The notes: generated from the letters alone by a model not told the origin. Numbered from the whole stretch's first letter, positions 11,653-25,429 are shown. The stretch is 63,756 nt of DNA, filler included, from Collodictyon triciliatum (GCA_043381765.1; 32 parts of 32 records of this genome joined end to end with filler, not necessarily neighbours in it), one strand, 5' to 3'. Numbers and translations are program-made.

Positions 11653-11994
11653 TGTATGTATGTATGTATGTATGTATGTATGTATGTATGTATGTATGTA
11701 TGTATGTATGTATGTATGTNNNNNNNNNNNNNNNNNNNNNNNNNNNNNNNNNNNNNNNNNNNNTTAATTAATTAANNNNNNNNNNNNNNNNNNNNNNNNN
11801 NNNNNNNNNNNNNNNNNNNATCCAAATCCAAATCAAAATCCAAATCAAAATCCAAATCCAAATCCAAATCCAAATCCAAATCCAAATCCAAATCCAAATC
11901 CAAATCCAAATCCAAATCCAAATCCAAATCCAAATCCAAATCCAAATCCAAATCCAAATCCAAATCCAAAAGATACAAAAGACTAAATATTTAC

Positions 11995-14900
11995 GTTATC
12001 TGCTCATCCAGAACCCGCGCACCAGGACACATGACTTTCTCTACAGACAACACAACAGGTCTCACGGATTTTAATGTCTGGTTCAGTTCAGAAGATATTT
12101 CCTATATTAAAGCAAAATTTTTTTCGTAAACTATTATATGGATACCCCAGATTAATAATAGAGCAAGCTAAAACCTTTCATTCGTTTAAATATTATTTTT
12201 CTCATGAAAAATTAGAGTTCACCTTAATATTATCAATCGATAGATATTTTAAATTTTTATCACTTTCATCAATACCACTGCCGCTTGGATATGGTGATGG
12301 TATTATGCTTTGTTTTCGGACGAGAGTTCATTTTATAGAGTGAGAAAACGTAAGACTATATAAGCATTTAATCTAATTATTTCATGATGCTTTAAGTATG
12401 GTAATTTTAATTATCAATACGTACACAAATCCTTTGCACGCTGTTTTTTCAATCATGTAGCGCATTAAAAAAGTCCGTCTTAAGATATGAATAATGTAAA
12501 GCATGATTATTCTTAAATTTTTATCATTCTTAAATATTGTACATAAACATTATGACACCAGTGGAGCGCCCACAAAATAAATTCAAATACAAGAGATAAA
12601 GAACAGAACGCGATATATAATTGAGAATTCTTTTTCGCCACGGACCCTCCTGATATATCGATCAAAATGGAATCGTGAGTGATTTTCAATTCTGTGATTA
12701 TAGTATCCATAAACGCGTTGGTCAGTGCAAAATCTACAAATTCCTTTTTTGTTTGCAAATTACGTTTTAAAATTTTTTACATAAAATTAAAATTCAAGTG
12801 CTTAAATCGAACATTAAAATAAACGTAAACTTCAAATATAAAATCAAGCTAAAATCAAATAAATATATGATTCTCTTGTATGAAGGCCTACGTAATTGGG
12901 AAGGGATTGATTTGATGTCATAGATGAAGGCGGGACTGCAAATAAAAAAGTATCAATAAGAGCAGTTCCTATTTTCTTTAGTATTTTCATATTTATACAT
13001 ATTTTTTTTTCATTCATATTTTGAATAATCGGTTCAAATTTTGGTTGAGTTTACCATATTCAAAGAAGAGTTCCATGAAGGAGCCCATGTTCGAAGTTGT
13101 CCAATCCCCAGCACCGTATCCATCAATCAGTCCAGCACCGCCACGAGTGCAGACTCTTCCAAAGAAATCCATGTTGTGAATCGCAAGGGAAATGCCTGGC
13201 AGTTAAGGAGAAAACTAAAATCAAAAGGTGCAGTTTATACAAAGACAAAACAGAAGAAAGAAAAGAAGAAAGAAAAGAAGAAAGAAAAGAAGAAAGAAAA
13301 AGAAGAAAGAAAAAGAAGAAAGAAAAAGAAGAAAGAAAAAGAAGAAAGAAAAAGAAGAAAGAAAAAGAAGAAAGAAAAAGAAGAAAGANNNNNNNNNNNN
13401 NNNNNNNNNNNNNNNNNNNNNNNNNNNNNNNNNNNNNNNNNNNNNNNNNNNNNNNNNNNNNNNNNNNNNNNNNNNNNNNNNNNNNNNNNNNNNNNNNNNN
13501 NNNNNNNNNNNNNNNNNNNNNNNNNNNNNNNNNNNNNNNNNNNNNNNNNNNNNNNNNNNNNNNNNNNNNNNNNNNNNNNNNNNNNNNNNNNNNNNNNNNN
13601 NNNNNNNNNNAAAGAAAAAAAAAAAAAGAAAAAAGAAGAAAGAAAAAAGAAGAAAGAAAAAAGAAGAAAGAAAAAAGAAGAAAGAAAAAAGAAGAAAGAA
13701 AAAAGAAGAAAGAAAAAAGAAGAAAGAAAAAAGAAGAAAGAAAAAAGAAGAAAGAAAAAAGAAGAAAGAAAAAAGAAGAAAGAAAAAAGAAGAAAGAAAA
13801 AGAAGAAAGAAAAAGAAGGAAGAAAAAGAAGAAAGAAAAGAAAATTTGACGCATAATCAATTTGAATTTTGACGATGACGCAAAAGCCACTTGGTATAAT
13901 TAGATATGTATATCGCATTAAAATGAAGATTGTTAATAAGAGAGAAAACAACTTACACTCGTGATTCGAATATTTAGCCTCATTCAGAACGAAATTATTC
14001 GAGGGATTACTGACCATATGAACAGAAATTTGCTTGTGGCAAATAGATGCCCGATTGGCTAGAAAACGAAAGACCCGACTCATTTCTCTCTTCATCAAAG
14101 CTGTTGGTTGCTGTCGTCCAATTGTGTGTGGGTTTGTCGGATTGGGTTTGGCATAGACTGGAAGTTTCTTCCTGGTATTATAGTTCTATGTTAAAGTGTT
14201 GCGTTTGAAACCAATACTATTTCATTGAGCTCAAGCATTATCTTTGTAAAAAATTCATCCAGCTTGTTCATTCAATTTTTGTATACTTATAATGAAGCTT
14301 TGCAGCCTCCCACATAATTCTTGGACTTGTTAGAAAGAGTGTGACAGGATACGATAAAAGAGCATAAATAACGCTCCCAGGTGTTGTTATGGGAATCTTT
14401 TCTGAGGCTCGTATAAATGCTGTCATGTGCACTTTCCCTCCTTTTACTAGGTTGATTATAACATTCAACTAGGGTTATTAGTAAAATTAAGTTGAGTTGT
14501 CAAAAGAGATTAAATGTATATTCTCATTATTTTTCTTTACAGAGTCATAAACATTAATTTACTTGCATATGAAGACAAAAAATAATCTTTTTTTTTTGGG
14601 ATACTGTCTTCTTTGATATTGGAGAGCGTGAAAAAAGAAGGGAAATATAAAAGATACCTGGTTTTCGATGCGAGAGAACCTAAAGAAATATTCACCTCTG
14701 ACATCATTGAATGGAGAAACATGGAAATGTTTCTCACATCGAAAAGTATTACCATCCTATGCATACAAAAGAAACGTGTTCAAAAGTCTGATAGGAGAGA
14801 TATTAGGGACTTATTCCTTAGAATTTATTATCTATGGATAATAGTGAAGTAATTTTTAATTGATAATAGTTGCAGAGAAGGTTCATACGAGAGGCCCATT

Positions 14901-15290
14901 TTCTAAAATTTCTGATGAGTTGACTGGCAAAACGTAAACATGGGACTCATCGAAAGTATTATTCACTTCGGCAATCATCTGATTTATTTGAAACCAAATT
15001 TATTCAAGAAGCAATAAAAAAAAAAAAAAAGAAAGAAAGGGAGATTATCGCCAGAGCTAAAATAGAAATATCACGAATATCTAAATAGAAGATTTCAGAG
15101 GGATAACCGAATTTATATTAACACGTTCTAAGGGGATATTTGAAAACTTGCGCATATTAAATCGCCGTTTCTATCGTAGCAATAATGAAAATTGACAGGA
15201 TTGAACGCGTATCCAAGATACCTCGCGCTGGTGACAAGTACAACCTTTTCCACACGATTTGCTACGACAGTCCCATTTTCAATCTTTTGT
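11995..15290 (-). CDS. DUF1365-family protein fused to a cyclopropane-fatty-acid-synthase-like region; multi-exon, partial, spans an internal N gap
   Basis: DUF1365 motifs LVTSARYLGYAFNPVNFHYCYD, IAEVNNTFDESHVYVL, KHFHVSPF and YPVTLFLTSPRIMWEAAKLHYKKKLPVYAKP. These are followed by LAIHNMDFFGRVCTRGGAGLIDGYGAGDWTT (CFA synthase N-terminal-like) and IITELKITHDSILIDISGGS. Splice phases agree across the gap (donor after 13957, acceptor before 13195). End coordinates are approximate. Confidence 0.8.
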
Positions 15291-15581
15291 GATATTACAG
15301 ACTTCACCTAGAAGACATAAAAAAAGTCAATAATTAGTTGCAAAGGCAAGAAAAATAGGTAAAATAGGTAAAATAGATAAAATAGATAAAATAGATAAAA
15401 TAGATAAAATAGATAAAATAGATAAAATAGATAAAATAGATAAAATAGATAAAATAGATAAAATAGATAAAATAGATAANNNNNNNNNNNNNNNNNNNNN
15501 NNNNNNNNNNNNNNNNNNNNNNNTTAATTAATTAANNNNNNNNNNNNNNNNNNNNNNNNNNNNNNNNNNNNNNNNNNNNGA

Positions 15582-15665
<84 letters not shown>

Positions 15666-16612
15666 ATGAAAGAAAGAATGAAAGAAAGAATGAATGAAAG
15701 AAAGAATGAATGAAAGAAAGAATGAATGAATGAATGAATGAATGAATGAATGAATGAATGAATGAATGAATGAATGAAAGAATCCACCCAACTTCCCATC
15801 ATTACAGCACGAGCTGCCAACAAATATGGTGCTGGGAAGCGGCCCAGTGGACAGGGGGGAAAAGATACAACCACCACCTGACTCTGCTTCATGGCTTCTC
15901 TGACTCATTCGCACAGCCACGGTCATGGCCGTTCGGAGCCGCCCAAGGTCTTGCAAGGCCGAGGGAAAGGCGACTGGCCGAGACTCGCTTTTCGGGTGAG
16001 TAGGTGGCTGAAAGGAATCAAGCAGAATCGAACAGAACCAACGAATCCTTTGGTTTGGTTAGCAGAGAGAGCAAAGAGGCTTTGATCATCGGCCAAAGTG
16101 GGCCAAGCGCTTCTGCAATTTTCTGTGATGGAAGGCTTGGCTTGGTGATTACACTTTCCATCACGGGAAATGGATTAATTAGGGCTGCATTTTTGTTATT
16201 TTTGGTGCATGATTGGCATCATATGATGTAATTATTACACTTTCGGATGTTCGTTACATTTCCTTGAATTATGCGCTTGTGCCAGATTCGAAAACCGGCA
16301 GTAACGGCTTTATGTTGCGAAAATAGAACCGATAATACTGAATTGCATGTGGGTGGAAGAAGTTAACAGCGTTCACATTGGTGATTACCCTTATATTCTA
16401 AAAAAAGAATAATAATTTAATATATATAACCAAATTATCTCAAATTTCCATAGATATTATATTTTATATTAAAATACATAATTTCCATATTAAGAAAACA
16501 CATTTCCTGCTCTACTGCTATCCACACTCGCCTATAATCAAACACCAGTACGAGTTTATTATCCGAAATAGAAAAATGGCAAGAAAATGAAGGGGAAATG
16601 AAAATCCTCAGC

Positions 16613-17188
16613 TTATCTCGGCCACTGCTGCTGCTGAATCTTTTGGTCAAGCAAGTCAGAGAAAATATGAACCATGTCGACAAACGTGGCTTGGGGAGGC
16701 ATCCTAACATAAACAGACTTTGCCTCGTCATATAAAATCCGAGTAGATTCTCTCTCTTCCTTATGATAGTCACTCCGAGTAGAAGCGTAAGGAGAAGCAT
16801 CCCGTGCCTTGTGTATGGTATTTGATATATGGTCGTTCGATTGGGTTTGAGGGGGTTTCAACGAAGCAGAATATGTGTAATTCATCCGAAACCACTCTTC
16901 TAAGGAGTGGGAACCTTCGTCTGTGTCCTGTGAAATCTGACGAAGGTAATTCAAAAAATACCTGGTTTCCTATATAACCCAAGATTAATTAAAATTATTT
17001 TATATTAAATGATGAACGAAAAACAATAGAGGATTCATAATGCAATTACCGGGTCTGAGAAATATGTGTTTTGTATCAAGCCAAAAATTATTGAGCTGCA
17101 GTCTGCGGTTAGAGTTGAATGAAGCAAGCGAGTAAGGCGGCTGGAACGATATGGGACTATCTTTGCCCTTTCTCTACGGTTCAGGAGC
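16613..17188 (-). CDS. 3' part of a gene with a divergent kinesin-motor-like C-terminal motif
   Basis: Exon ~17050-17188 reads LLNRRERAKIVPYRSSRLTRLLHSTLTADCSSIIFGLI, resembling kinesin HVPYRDSKLTRLLQDSLGG. A last exon ends at 16613. The P-loop is not on the contig. Confidence 0.5.
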
Positions 17189-17816
17189 CTACAAACCTTC
17201 AATCGAGATCAAAACAAGGTATGAAGGCTGTTTGGTGAAATATTACAAAAAAAAGGAAAAAAAAAGGAAAAAAAAGGAAAAAAAGGGGGAAAAAAAGGAA
17301 AAATTGGAAAAAGAAGAAAAGAAGAAAGGGAAGAAAGGGAAGAAAGGGAAGAAAAGGAAGAAAAGGAAGAAAAGGAAGAAAAGGAAGAAAAGGAAGAAAA
17401 GGAAGAAAAGGAAGAAAAGGAAGAAAAGGAAGAAAAGGAAGAAAAGGANNNNNNNNNNNNNNNNNNNNNNNNNNNNNNNNNNNNNNNNNNNNTTAATTAA
17501 TTAANNNNNNNNNNNNNNNNNNNNNNNNNNNNNNNNNNNNNNNNNNNNAACCAATAAAAAAACCAATAAAAAAACCAATAAAAAAACCAATAAAAAAACC
17601 AATAAAAAAACCAATAAAAAAACCAATAAAAAAACCAATAAAAAACCAATCAAACAATCAAACAAACAATCAAACAATCAAACAATCAAACAATCAAACA
17701 ATCAAACAATCAAACAATACAACAATAAAAAAAAAAACACAGCCACAATAGACTTAAAGACACAATTTTTAGTTCGCGCGTCAGAGTCCTTCTGCAGCTT
17801 TTGTCTCTAGTGAAAT

Positions 17817-19220
17817 ATGAGCGTGCGATCCCCACCGTCATCCATGTCGTCCGCAAACTTTTTCAGTGCGATGGACTCTGAATATCCTGCTTTTTACTCG
17901 TGGCCGCCCTTTTTCACGTTAGTTTGAAACCCATCATGAAGAAAAGATACAGTTTTTTCTTCTTAAAAGAAACAAGAACCTTAAAACAAAAGATATGATA
18001 GTTATTCTTCTATTAAAAAATACCATTTCAGTGCTTTATTCTATTTCCCCAGTAGTTTTATTTTTTTCTTATCTTCATCGGTTCATTCATTATTCACCAT
18101 TTCTCCATCTGAATGCACATACGAACAGACTGCAACCAACCGAAGAAACACGGCAAAAGCAGACGCAGCTATGGAGCGAGTTGATTCTTGCATACGCACA
18201 AAAGAAGAAAACAAATACATTGACGCTCAGCGAAGCGCTTCAAAACCCACCCTTTGTGAACAATCAAATCAACCGTAAGCATACCCGAACAATCATTCAC
18301 ACAAATGAGTCATTAGGAATATTCCTATCCCATGTACTCCTCTTATTTTTTCTTTGTCTTTGAAAATATGCTAATTATCTGGTAAAGCAATCCATATCGG
18401 TAGATGTAATAATACCTTTCAGTCATCAATTATTCAGGTATTAAAATGCACCTTACTCGCAAACACAGGTCGTTTGAATGAAGAATCGTTCCGCTATTTT
18501 GTTGATTCGATGGCTCAACAAGGTATATCATGGAGCTGGGGAAGTTGCTTTTCACTCACTTATTTCCATTTCTACCCACAAACACTTTCCAACAAAAAAA
18601 AAAAAGCTTAAACTTTATTTATTAACGAAGGACGAGCGGAATGGACAGATTCAAGCAAAACCCGTTTTGTTGTGTATTCAAAGAGAATAGAAGAATGGGC
18701 CGATATGATATATAAATGGGTCTTTTTACACAGCACCAATTTTGACGCCTTTTTTTTCTTATAAGATAGTCTTTCACTTTTATTTGTCTGTACATGATTT
18801 TTCGCAGTATGATACTCACAGCTGCTTCATGAGTAATTCTATGTGCGCTTTCTAAATCCGTTTGCAATCACAGGTTTATGACAGCGGACTCACAGACACA
18901 GTCATGACAGTATTTGAAATACACTCAGGCGATGCAGGGAGGGGACAACGTGAGTGATTAAAAACTTTACTAAAGCACACACATATTTCTGTGCTAAAAC
19001 TCTTCAAATCATCTTGAAATATACCTTAAATATTTTAAAAAAAAGATAAACTGCCAATTCATTATTCATGCATATTAATACACATTCATAATGAATAGCT
19101 TTCTATGGATTGGATCCGTTTATAATGACAAAAGCATTGCTCGTCCTTCAGAGCCGCGGTAAAGCGCAGGTTTTCCGCGGGTCCACTACAGACGAGGACG
19201 GAGTCAAGTTCTTTGCTTAA
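17817..19220 (+). CDS. VPS25: ESCRT-II subunit VPS25 (EAP20), complete, 6 exons
   Basis: Exons 17817-17917, 18129-18274, ~18469-18522, 18631-18719, 18874-18949 and 19099-19220 give YSWPPFFTLQP...QLWSELIL...EEWADMIYKWV...FYGLD...ALLVLQSRGKAQ...GVKFFA*. The start could alternatively be 17844 or 17871. Confidence 0.96.
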
Positions 19221-19648
19221 TTGGAGCCAATAAAGAGTACAACCGCTCATTCAGAGATTTTACATCACATTTACAGCCCCAAAAATAAGCACTGGTATTT
19301 GTTTTTTCTGAATACGATGAAGAGATAAAGACCCTTCACGCGCTATTGTGGTTCCATAAGCGACGAGTTTGCAAGATGCCCTTTATAAGAATGGGATGTA
19401 AGGGGAGAAAATATGGTNNNNNNNNNNNNNNNNNNNNNNNNNNNNNNNNNNNNNNNNNNNNTTAATTAATTAANNNNNNNNNNNNNNNNNNNNNNNNNNN
19501 NNNNNNNNNNNNNNNNNAAGGTTTGTCTGGAAATGAAAAGGCTGATACAAAAATAAAAAAAAAAAATTTTACCTAGAGAAAAAAAAAATTTTTTTTTTTT
19601 TTTTTTTTTTTCTTCCTTTAAACTTTTTTTTATTATTATTATAATGAT

Positions 19649-19712
<64 letters not shown>

Positions 19713-19799
19713 GATGATGAGAATGAAAAGTAAATGGCTAATACGGAGAAAAGCTGTTTTTTTTAAAAGTACAATTGACATTAAGTTAAACAATGCCAT

Positions 19800-20552
19800 T
19801 CATGTATTGACATACAATACTATTGTGTCGATAGTCGGGTATGCACAATTCTGTATCGGGCGCTTGCGAAGATTCTAATTTTCGAAAGAAAGACTAATAA
19901 TAATAAAAAAAAAAAACACCGAGGATTACAATTTTAGGTGCCTGACAATACAAATTTTGCCATTCAAATTAGTTTTAATAGCAAGTTTTTTTTGGTCACG
20001 GTATTTTTTTTTCCCCAAAAATAAATAAATAACAGCACAGATTTCAAAATTAAAGTTGACACTATAGCATTAATCTTATGTGTTTAGCAGATAAAGGATG
20101 TAAATTATTATAGAATGCAACCTTTCGAATTTTAATCATTTCGTCGACAGGAAGGAAGTCAATTGAAAAATCAAACAAGTTTGTTCGGGTGATAGCACTA
20201 AGCAAATCGTGTTTCTACTTGTCAATATCAGATTAGAAGTGGAGGAGAGTTTTATTAATGCAGATATGTGCATATTAATGTCTAATTTAGTGATTTATAT
20301 CAATATCCATCTCTACACAGAAACTAAGTTAAAGGAACAGTAAAGTAACAAAATCAAGGAAATGATGTCTGCTTTTTTGAGAAATGCATGTCCATAAAAA
20401 CCTGAAGAGTCTTTCGTTTCCCTTCCTTCACAACCAACTTTGCTCGGTAAGCCAAATCAGCTACGAGCATCTCACAAAGACGTGCCATTAGCAAAGGTGC
20501 ATCGGACGATATCTTCTACATTTTTGGATGAGACAATAACCAGACAAAAACA

Positions 20553-20631
<79 letters not shown>

Positions 20632-21087
20632 ATAGATAAATAAATAGATGATTGAATGATTGAGTGATTGAATGATTGAATGATTGAATGATTGGATGAT
20701 TGGATGATTGAATGATTGAATGAACGAACGAATAAACGAACAACGAATAAAGCAACTCAACAAGGACAAGAGTAGGATAAGTAGACCAGCCAACGCTTTC
20801 ACAACAAAATATAGTTTTCTTTACGAATCGCCGTAGGTGGATAAACCAACCTTTGACTCCACAGCAGACTTCATGATTCTTTTCACTCGCGTGGTTGGCA
20901 GAAGCAGGCGCTGGCTCGTTTGTTGCCGCCAATCGAGAACATATGCGCGCAGAGATTCCGCTGCAAGTTGATCGGTCTCCTCGATGATACTCAGTCCTGA
21001 CCTTGTCAAAGGCGGCCGATTCTGTGATAAATTGTTCTGGTCTGCGTTTGCAGGTGCGCAGAGCGGCGTGTTCGTAGGTTTCATCAT
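19800..21087 (-). CDS. NF-YC/HAP5-like histone-fold protein, 4 exons
   Basis: LPTTRVKRIMKS / KISSDAPLLMARLCEMLVADLAYRA...KRKTLQ / KHDLLSAITRTNLFDFSIDFLP aligns by eye to NF-YC LPLARIKKIMK...MISAEAP...KRRTLQRNDIA...FDFLIDIVP. The last exon is tentative. Confidence 0.87.
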
Positions 21088-21732
21088 CCGGGGATAATGC
21101 CCGCTTCTACTTAGTTGGACTCGTTGGACTCGTTGGTCTGGATGATTTTCTTTTCTTTTCTTTTCTTTTCTTTTCTTTTCTTTTCTTTTCTTTTCTTTTC
21201 TTTTCTTTTCTTTTCTTTTCTTTTCTTTTCTTTTCTTTTCTTTTCTCCTTTGGCTGTGTCAAGAAGCGGCTGGGTGGCTTCTGTGAGTGGGATTGTTGAG
21301 GTCGCAGAGCAAGACTGTGAGCCGTTATGTGACCAGTTGTTTTCTTTCTGAATGGTTTTTTGACTTTTTTTTTGTTTTTTGTTTTTTGTTTTTTTTTNNN
21401 NNNNNNNNNNNNNNNNNNNNNNNNNNNNNNNNNNNNNNNNNTTAATTAATTAANNNNNNNNNNNNNNNNNNNNNNNNNNNNNNNNNNNNNNNNNNNNTGT
21501 ATGTATGTATGTATGTATGTATGTATGTATGTATGTATGTATGTATGTATGTATGTATGTATGTATGTATGTATGTATGTATGTATGTATGTATGTATGT
21601 ATGTTGTCACAAAATATTTGTCCAAGTGCTCTTAAAATAAATAAAAACAAACCAAACATCGAAAACGACCTGGCATTTGTTGGCGGAGAAGCGCCACCCA
21701 TTCTTAACACTGCTTGCTTGATACAAACATGA

Positions 21733-21955
21733 TTAGTTGACAGCGCGAGCTTTTTCTTCTTGTTTATTTACCAACCCTCTCAATCGCAATAGAGCATCTT
21801 CGAGAACCTGTTTAGGCACAGAAAGCGCTGCAGGTATTCCTCGAGAGTGGTAGGATGCCCGAACCACGAAGATATCTTTGCCGTCGAGAGTGTTGTTCTT
21901 CTGCTTCGGAGAATTGCGAACCCAACGGAAACCAGAGAACGGATGAAGTCTTGGA
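21733..21955 (-). CDS. Probable terminal exon of an unidentified gene
   Basis: GC-richer open segment (...DGKDIFVVRASYHSRGIPAALSVPKQVLEDALLRLRGLVNKQEEKARAVN*) in AT-rich surroundings. No family recognised. Confidence 0.35.
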
Positions 21956-23266
21956 CAAAAGTACGGGATTGGAAAAAACCAAATGACGAATTCTATCCAC
22001 ATTTGCATAAAGGATTTTATATCAAAATTATACAAAAATGGAAAATAAATTCAAAAGAATTATACAAATGTGGGATATATATCATTCTAACATTCTAACC
22101 ACTTCGATACAGTATATATTTCATAGAGATCATGCAATAAATGTACTTACACGACTTCCACCAATTCAATTATTTGTCAGTCTAAGCAGACTAAACCCAA
22201 GAGCTTAAGTGGATATGTGGCAGAAGAATTATTTTGCCTGCATTGACCTTTCCTTTTTCGGCAATTCGTTTTTCTATTATTGTGATAATGCAAAACCTAA
22301 AGCAAATGATATACCGAACAGCCTCCAACACACATACACACACAACACACAGAAAAGAAAAAACCCCAATAAACAAACCCTTAAAACCCTCCCACGCACA
22401 CAGAATATGCAGCCACGCCCACCCTCCGGTCCGACGGCTCTGTGCTATCCTCCGCTTCTGCTTCGCTTGTCTGTCCCGCCTGAGAATGCGCTGCTGCTGT
22501 GCAACTTAACATGTCCTTTCTAATCTGTAAGTGCAGTGACTTTTTCCTTTTCCTTTTCCTTTTTTTCCTTTTTCCATTCTCGTTTCTTTTTCTATTTTCC
22601 TTTTTCTTTTTAATTCAATGTTCTTTTTGTTATTAGTTCGTCATCCTCTCATAACCATTTTTTTGTTTTTGTTTTTGTTGTCCGTTTGTCGTTCTAACCA
22701 GCTTAATTACGCTTCTGCATTGATATCTGAATTACATGAAATTATTCATATTTATGCTTTCCTTTCTGCATGTCGATCAATCTCGTCAATAAAATACAAT
22801 TTCAGAAGTTTCATACCGTTGTTGTGTTTAACACCGAATCGCTCATACATATGCAATCCTAGCCTTTCACTTAACTAAGTGCGCATCAACGCTCAGCCGA
22901 CGCTTTATGCTTCAATTTAGCTCCACATCTTTTTGGATTCGGGAATCGATAATCCCGTTAGGAAAGATCAACAATATATAAACCAGTATATATGATCAAT
23001 TATCTACGATTTATAATTAATTATATGTAATTCAAAAGTTTATTCATAGAAGTTTTCTTCTTCTTTTTGGATTATGATTAGTCGTTTCAAATGTGTACCG
23101 TTTCAAAGAACGTAATGCTGCTTTGGGATATACTCCGAAACTCAGATACACGTTTGTTATGCTTAATTATGTTATGTTATCTTATGAACATTATCCCATT
23201 TTCTTATGTCCATTTAGATTTTTTTCATAGAAAACACAGTATCATCCAAATTTTTGATTTCCTTGC

Positions 23267-23363
<97 letters not shown>

Positions 23364-23687
23364 NNNNNNNNNNNNNNNNNNNNNNNNNNNNNNNNNNNNN
23401 NNNNNNNTTAATTAATTAANNNNNNNNNNNNNNNNNNNNNNNNNNNNNNNNNNNNNNNNNNNNCTCTTTTTTATTCTCTCTTTTTTATTCTCTCTTTTTT
23501 ATTCTCTCTTTTTTATTCTCTCTTTTTTATTCTCTCTTTTTTATTCTCTCTTTTTTATTCTCTCTTTGTATTCTCTCTTTTTATTTCCTCTTTGTATTCT
23601 TTCCATTTTTTGTTTTGTTTAATTATTTAAGTTCTTTTCTTTTTTTTAAATACTTAATTGATAGAAAGGAAAAATAATTTTGCTAGA

Positions 23688-24569
23688 TATATATTTTGGG
23701 GACTAGGAAAGCTTTGTTCCACTCTTTTCGTAAAGTACTTGCCAGTAAGTTCATATGTACTTGTGAATTAAATTTCTAATATTTCATACATTAACTTTTG
23801 ATTTTGAGGTATATGTTTTTCATTTGGAACCGTAATGCTGACTTTATCTTTTCAGAAAATATCCTCCATGAACAAAAACGGAGTGTTGAAGATGCTGAGG
23901 AATATAAATTCATTACACCAAAGCTTTTCAAGCCTAATGTTTTCTAAGGTTCTTCTTTTAAAAAATAATATTGTAAAATATTATTTATTTTTCGTTCCGT
24001 TTTGCCAGTAGTATCTTTTATGACCGAAATTTATGCGGAAATCATCGAAATAATTATGAGATTTGATAATTATCAATAGGACGGACAATTTGACCGGACG
24101 AAAAGATACTATGAGCTCATAAATCTGACAGAAAGTGTACGTGAATGTTTATTTCATTTGAATAATGTCTTCATAATAATCTACGTAGATATTCAGGCTA
24201 TCAAAAAATAGCAGTTGAAGAATGGCTACCTGTTGACTCTTTGTAACTTGCAATAATTTTTCCTTTTTGAACTTTAATAGGCCTTACTTGTTTTTGTGTC
24301 TGATAATCGTGGTCTGTTCACACACCCGGAGTATCGCGCAATTCTTGACATCAAGAACGCTACGTTAGTGGACATCACAAATACAGAGAAGGAAAACATC
24401 ATGCTTAGTAATTTGTTTGGCAATATATTCATTACTATTTTTCTACTTCATTATTCCTTCGCCATATGTCTATGCTACAATACCTACCAGCGAGGGCAAA
24501 TCGGCAAATGAAGGGATAGCCACATTAGAACAACTGTACGGCACAGTAGATGGAAAGCTCACATCCTAA
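23688..24569 (+). CDS. 3' exons of an unidentified multi-exon gene
   Basis: Several short AG...GT-bounded open segments (IYILGTRKALFHSFRKVLA; DGQFDRTKRYYELINLTE; ALLVFVSDNRGLFTHPEYRAILDIK). No family recognised. Confidence 0.35.
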
Positions 24570-25429
24570 CCCGCACGGCAAGGCCAAAAAAAAAAAAAAA
24601 AACGTGCATTAAAAAGACAAATCAGTGGCATTTACACATATTTACGTAAAAAAGTCTTAGAAGTTTGGACGAAAAAATTATGGTCATTTTGTTTTTGTTT
24701 TTTGTTTTTTGTTTTTTGTTTTTTGTTTTTTGTTTTTTGTTTTTTGTTTTTTGTTTTTTGTTTTTTGTTTTTTGTTTTTCTATCGACAAAGGCTTCTTAT
24801 CTCGAAATGTATCTTTTACTTTGTATACCTATTTATGAGCTACTGCAGCCCAGTGTTGAGTACTTTTAAATCGATTATAATACCGCAACTTTCGGCCAAC
24901 AGCGGCGCTCATTCCCCACACAAGTTATGCAATATCACATCCCTCTTTTGATGTTCATAATCTGTCTGCCTATTTCACAACGACAACACCAAGGAAAGAT
25001 GCATAACGGTTGGATGATTTGTTATTCGTGGCATCCTATCGCACGTTCATCTATGATTACAAGCCCACAACTGTTTCCACAGCCATGACTCGTTTTCTCC
25101 TTCCCTTCCCTTCCCTTTTCTTTTTCTTTTTCTTTTGTTTTGTTTTGTTTTGTTTTGTTTTGTTTTGTTTTGTTTTGTTTTGTTTTGTTTTGTTTTGTTT
25201 TGTTTTGTTTTGTTTTGTTTTGTTTTCAATAGATTGTTATCATTCCTTTTCGCGTGCCATACAAGAGGTCTCGCTGCATCAGGGTTGGCGTGTTGCCTGC
25301 CAAAGTATATTACTGCACTTTGAAAGTTTNNNNNNNNNNNNNNNNNNNNNNNNNNNNNNNNNNNNNNNNNNNNTTAATTAATTAANNNNNNNNNNNNNNN
25401 NNNNNNNNNNNNNNNNNNNNNNNNNNNNN

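Noticed and set aside
11820..11968. (TCCAAA)n, (CCAAAA)n at 50650-50830 and (AAAACT)n at 56842-56940 as telomeric repeats
   Set aside because: The units differ from one another and lie next to exons of truncated genes, consistent with intronic SSRs.
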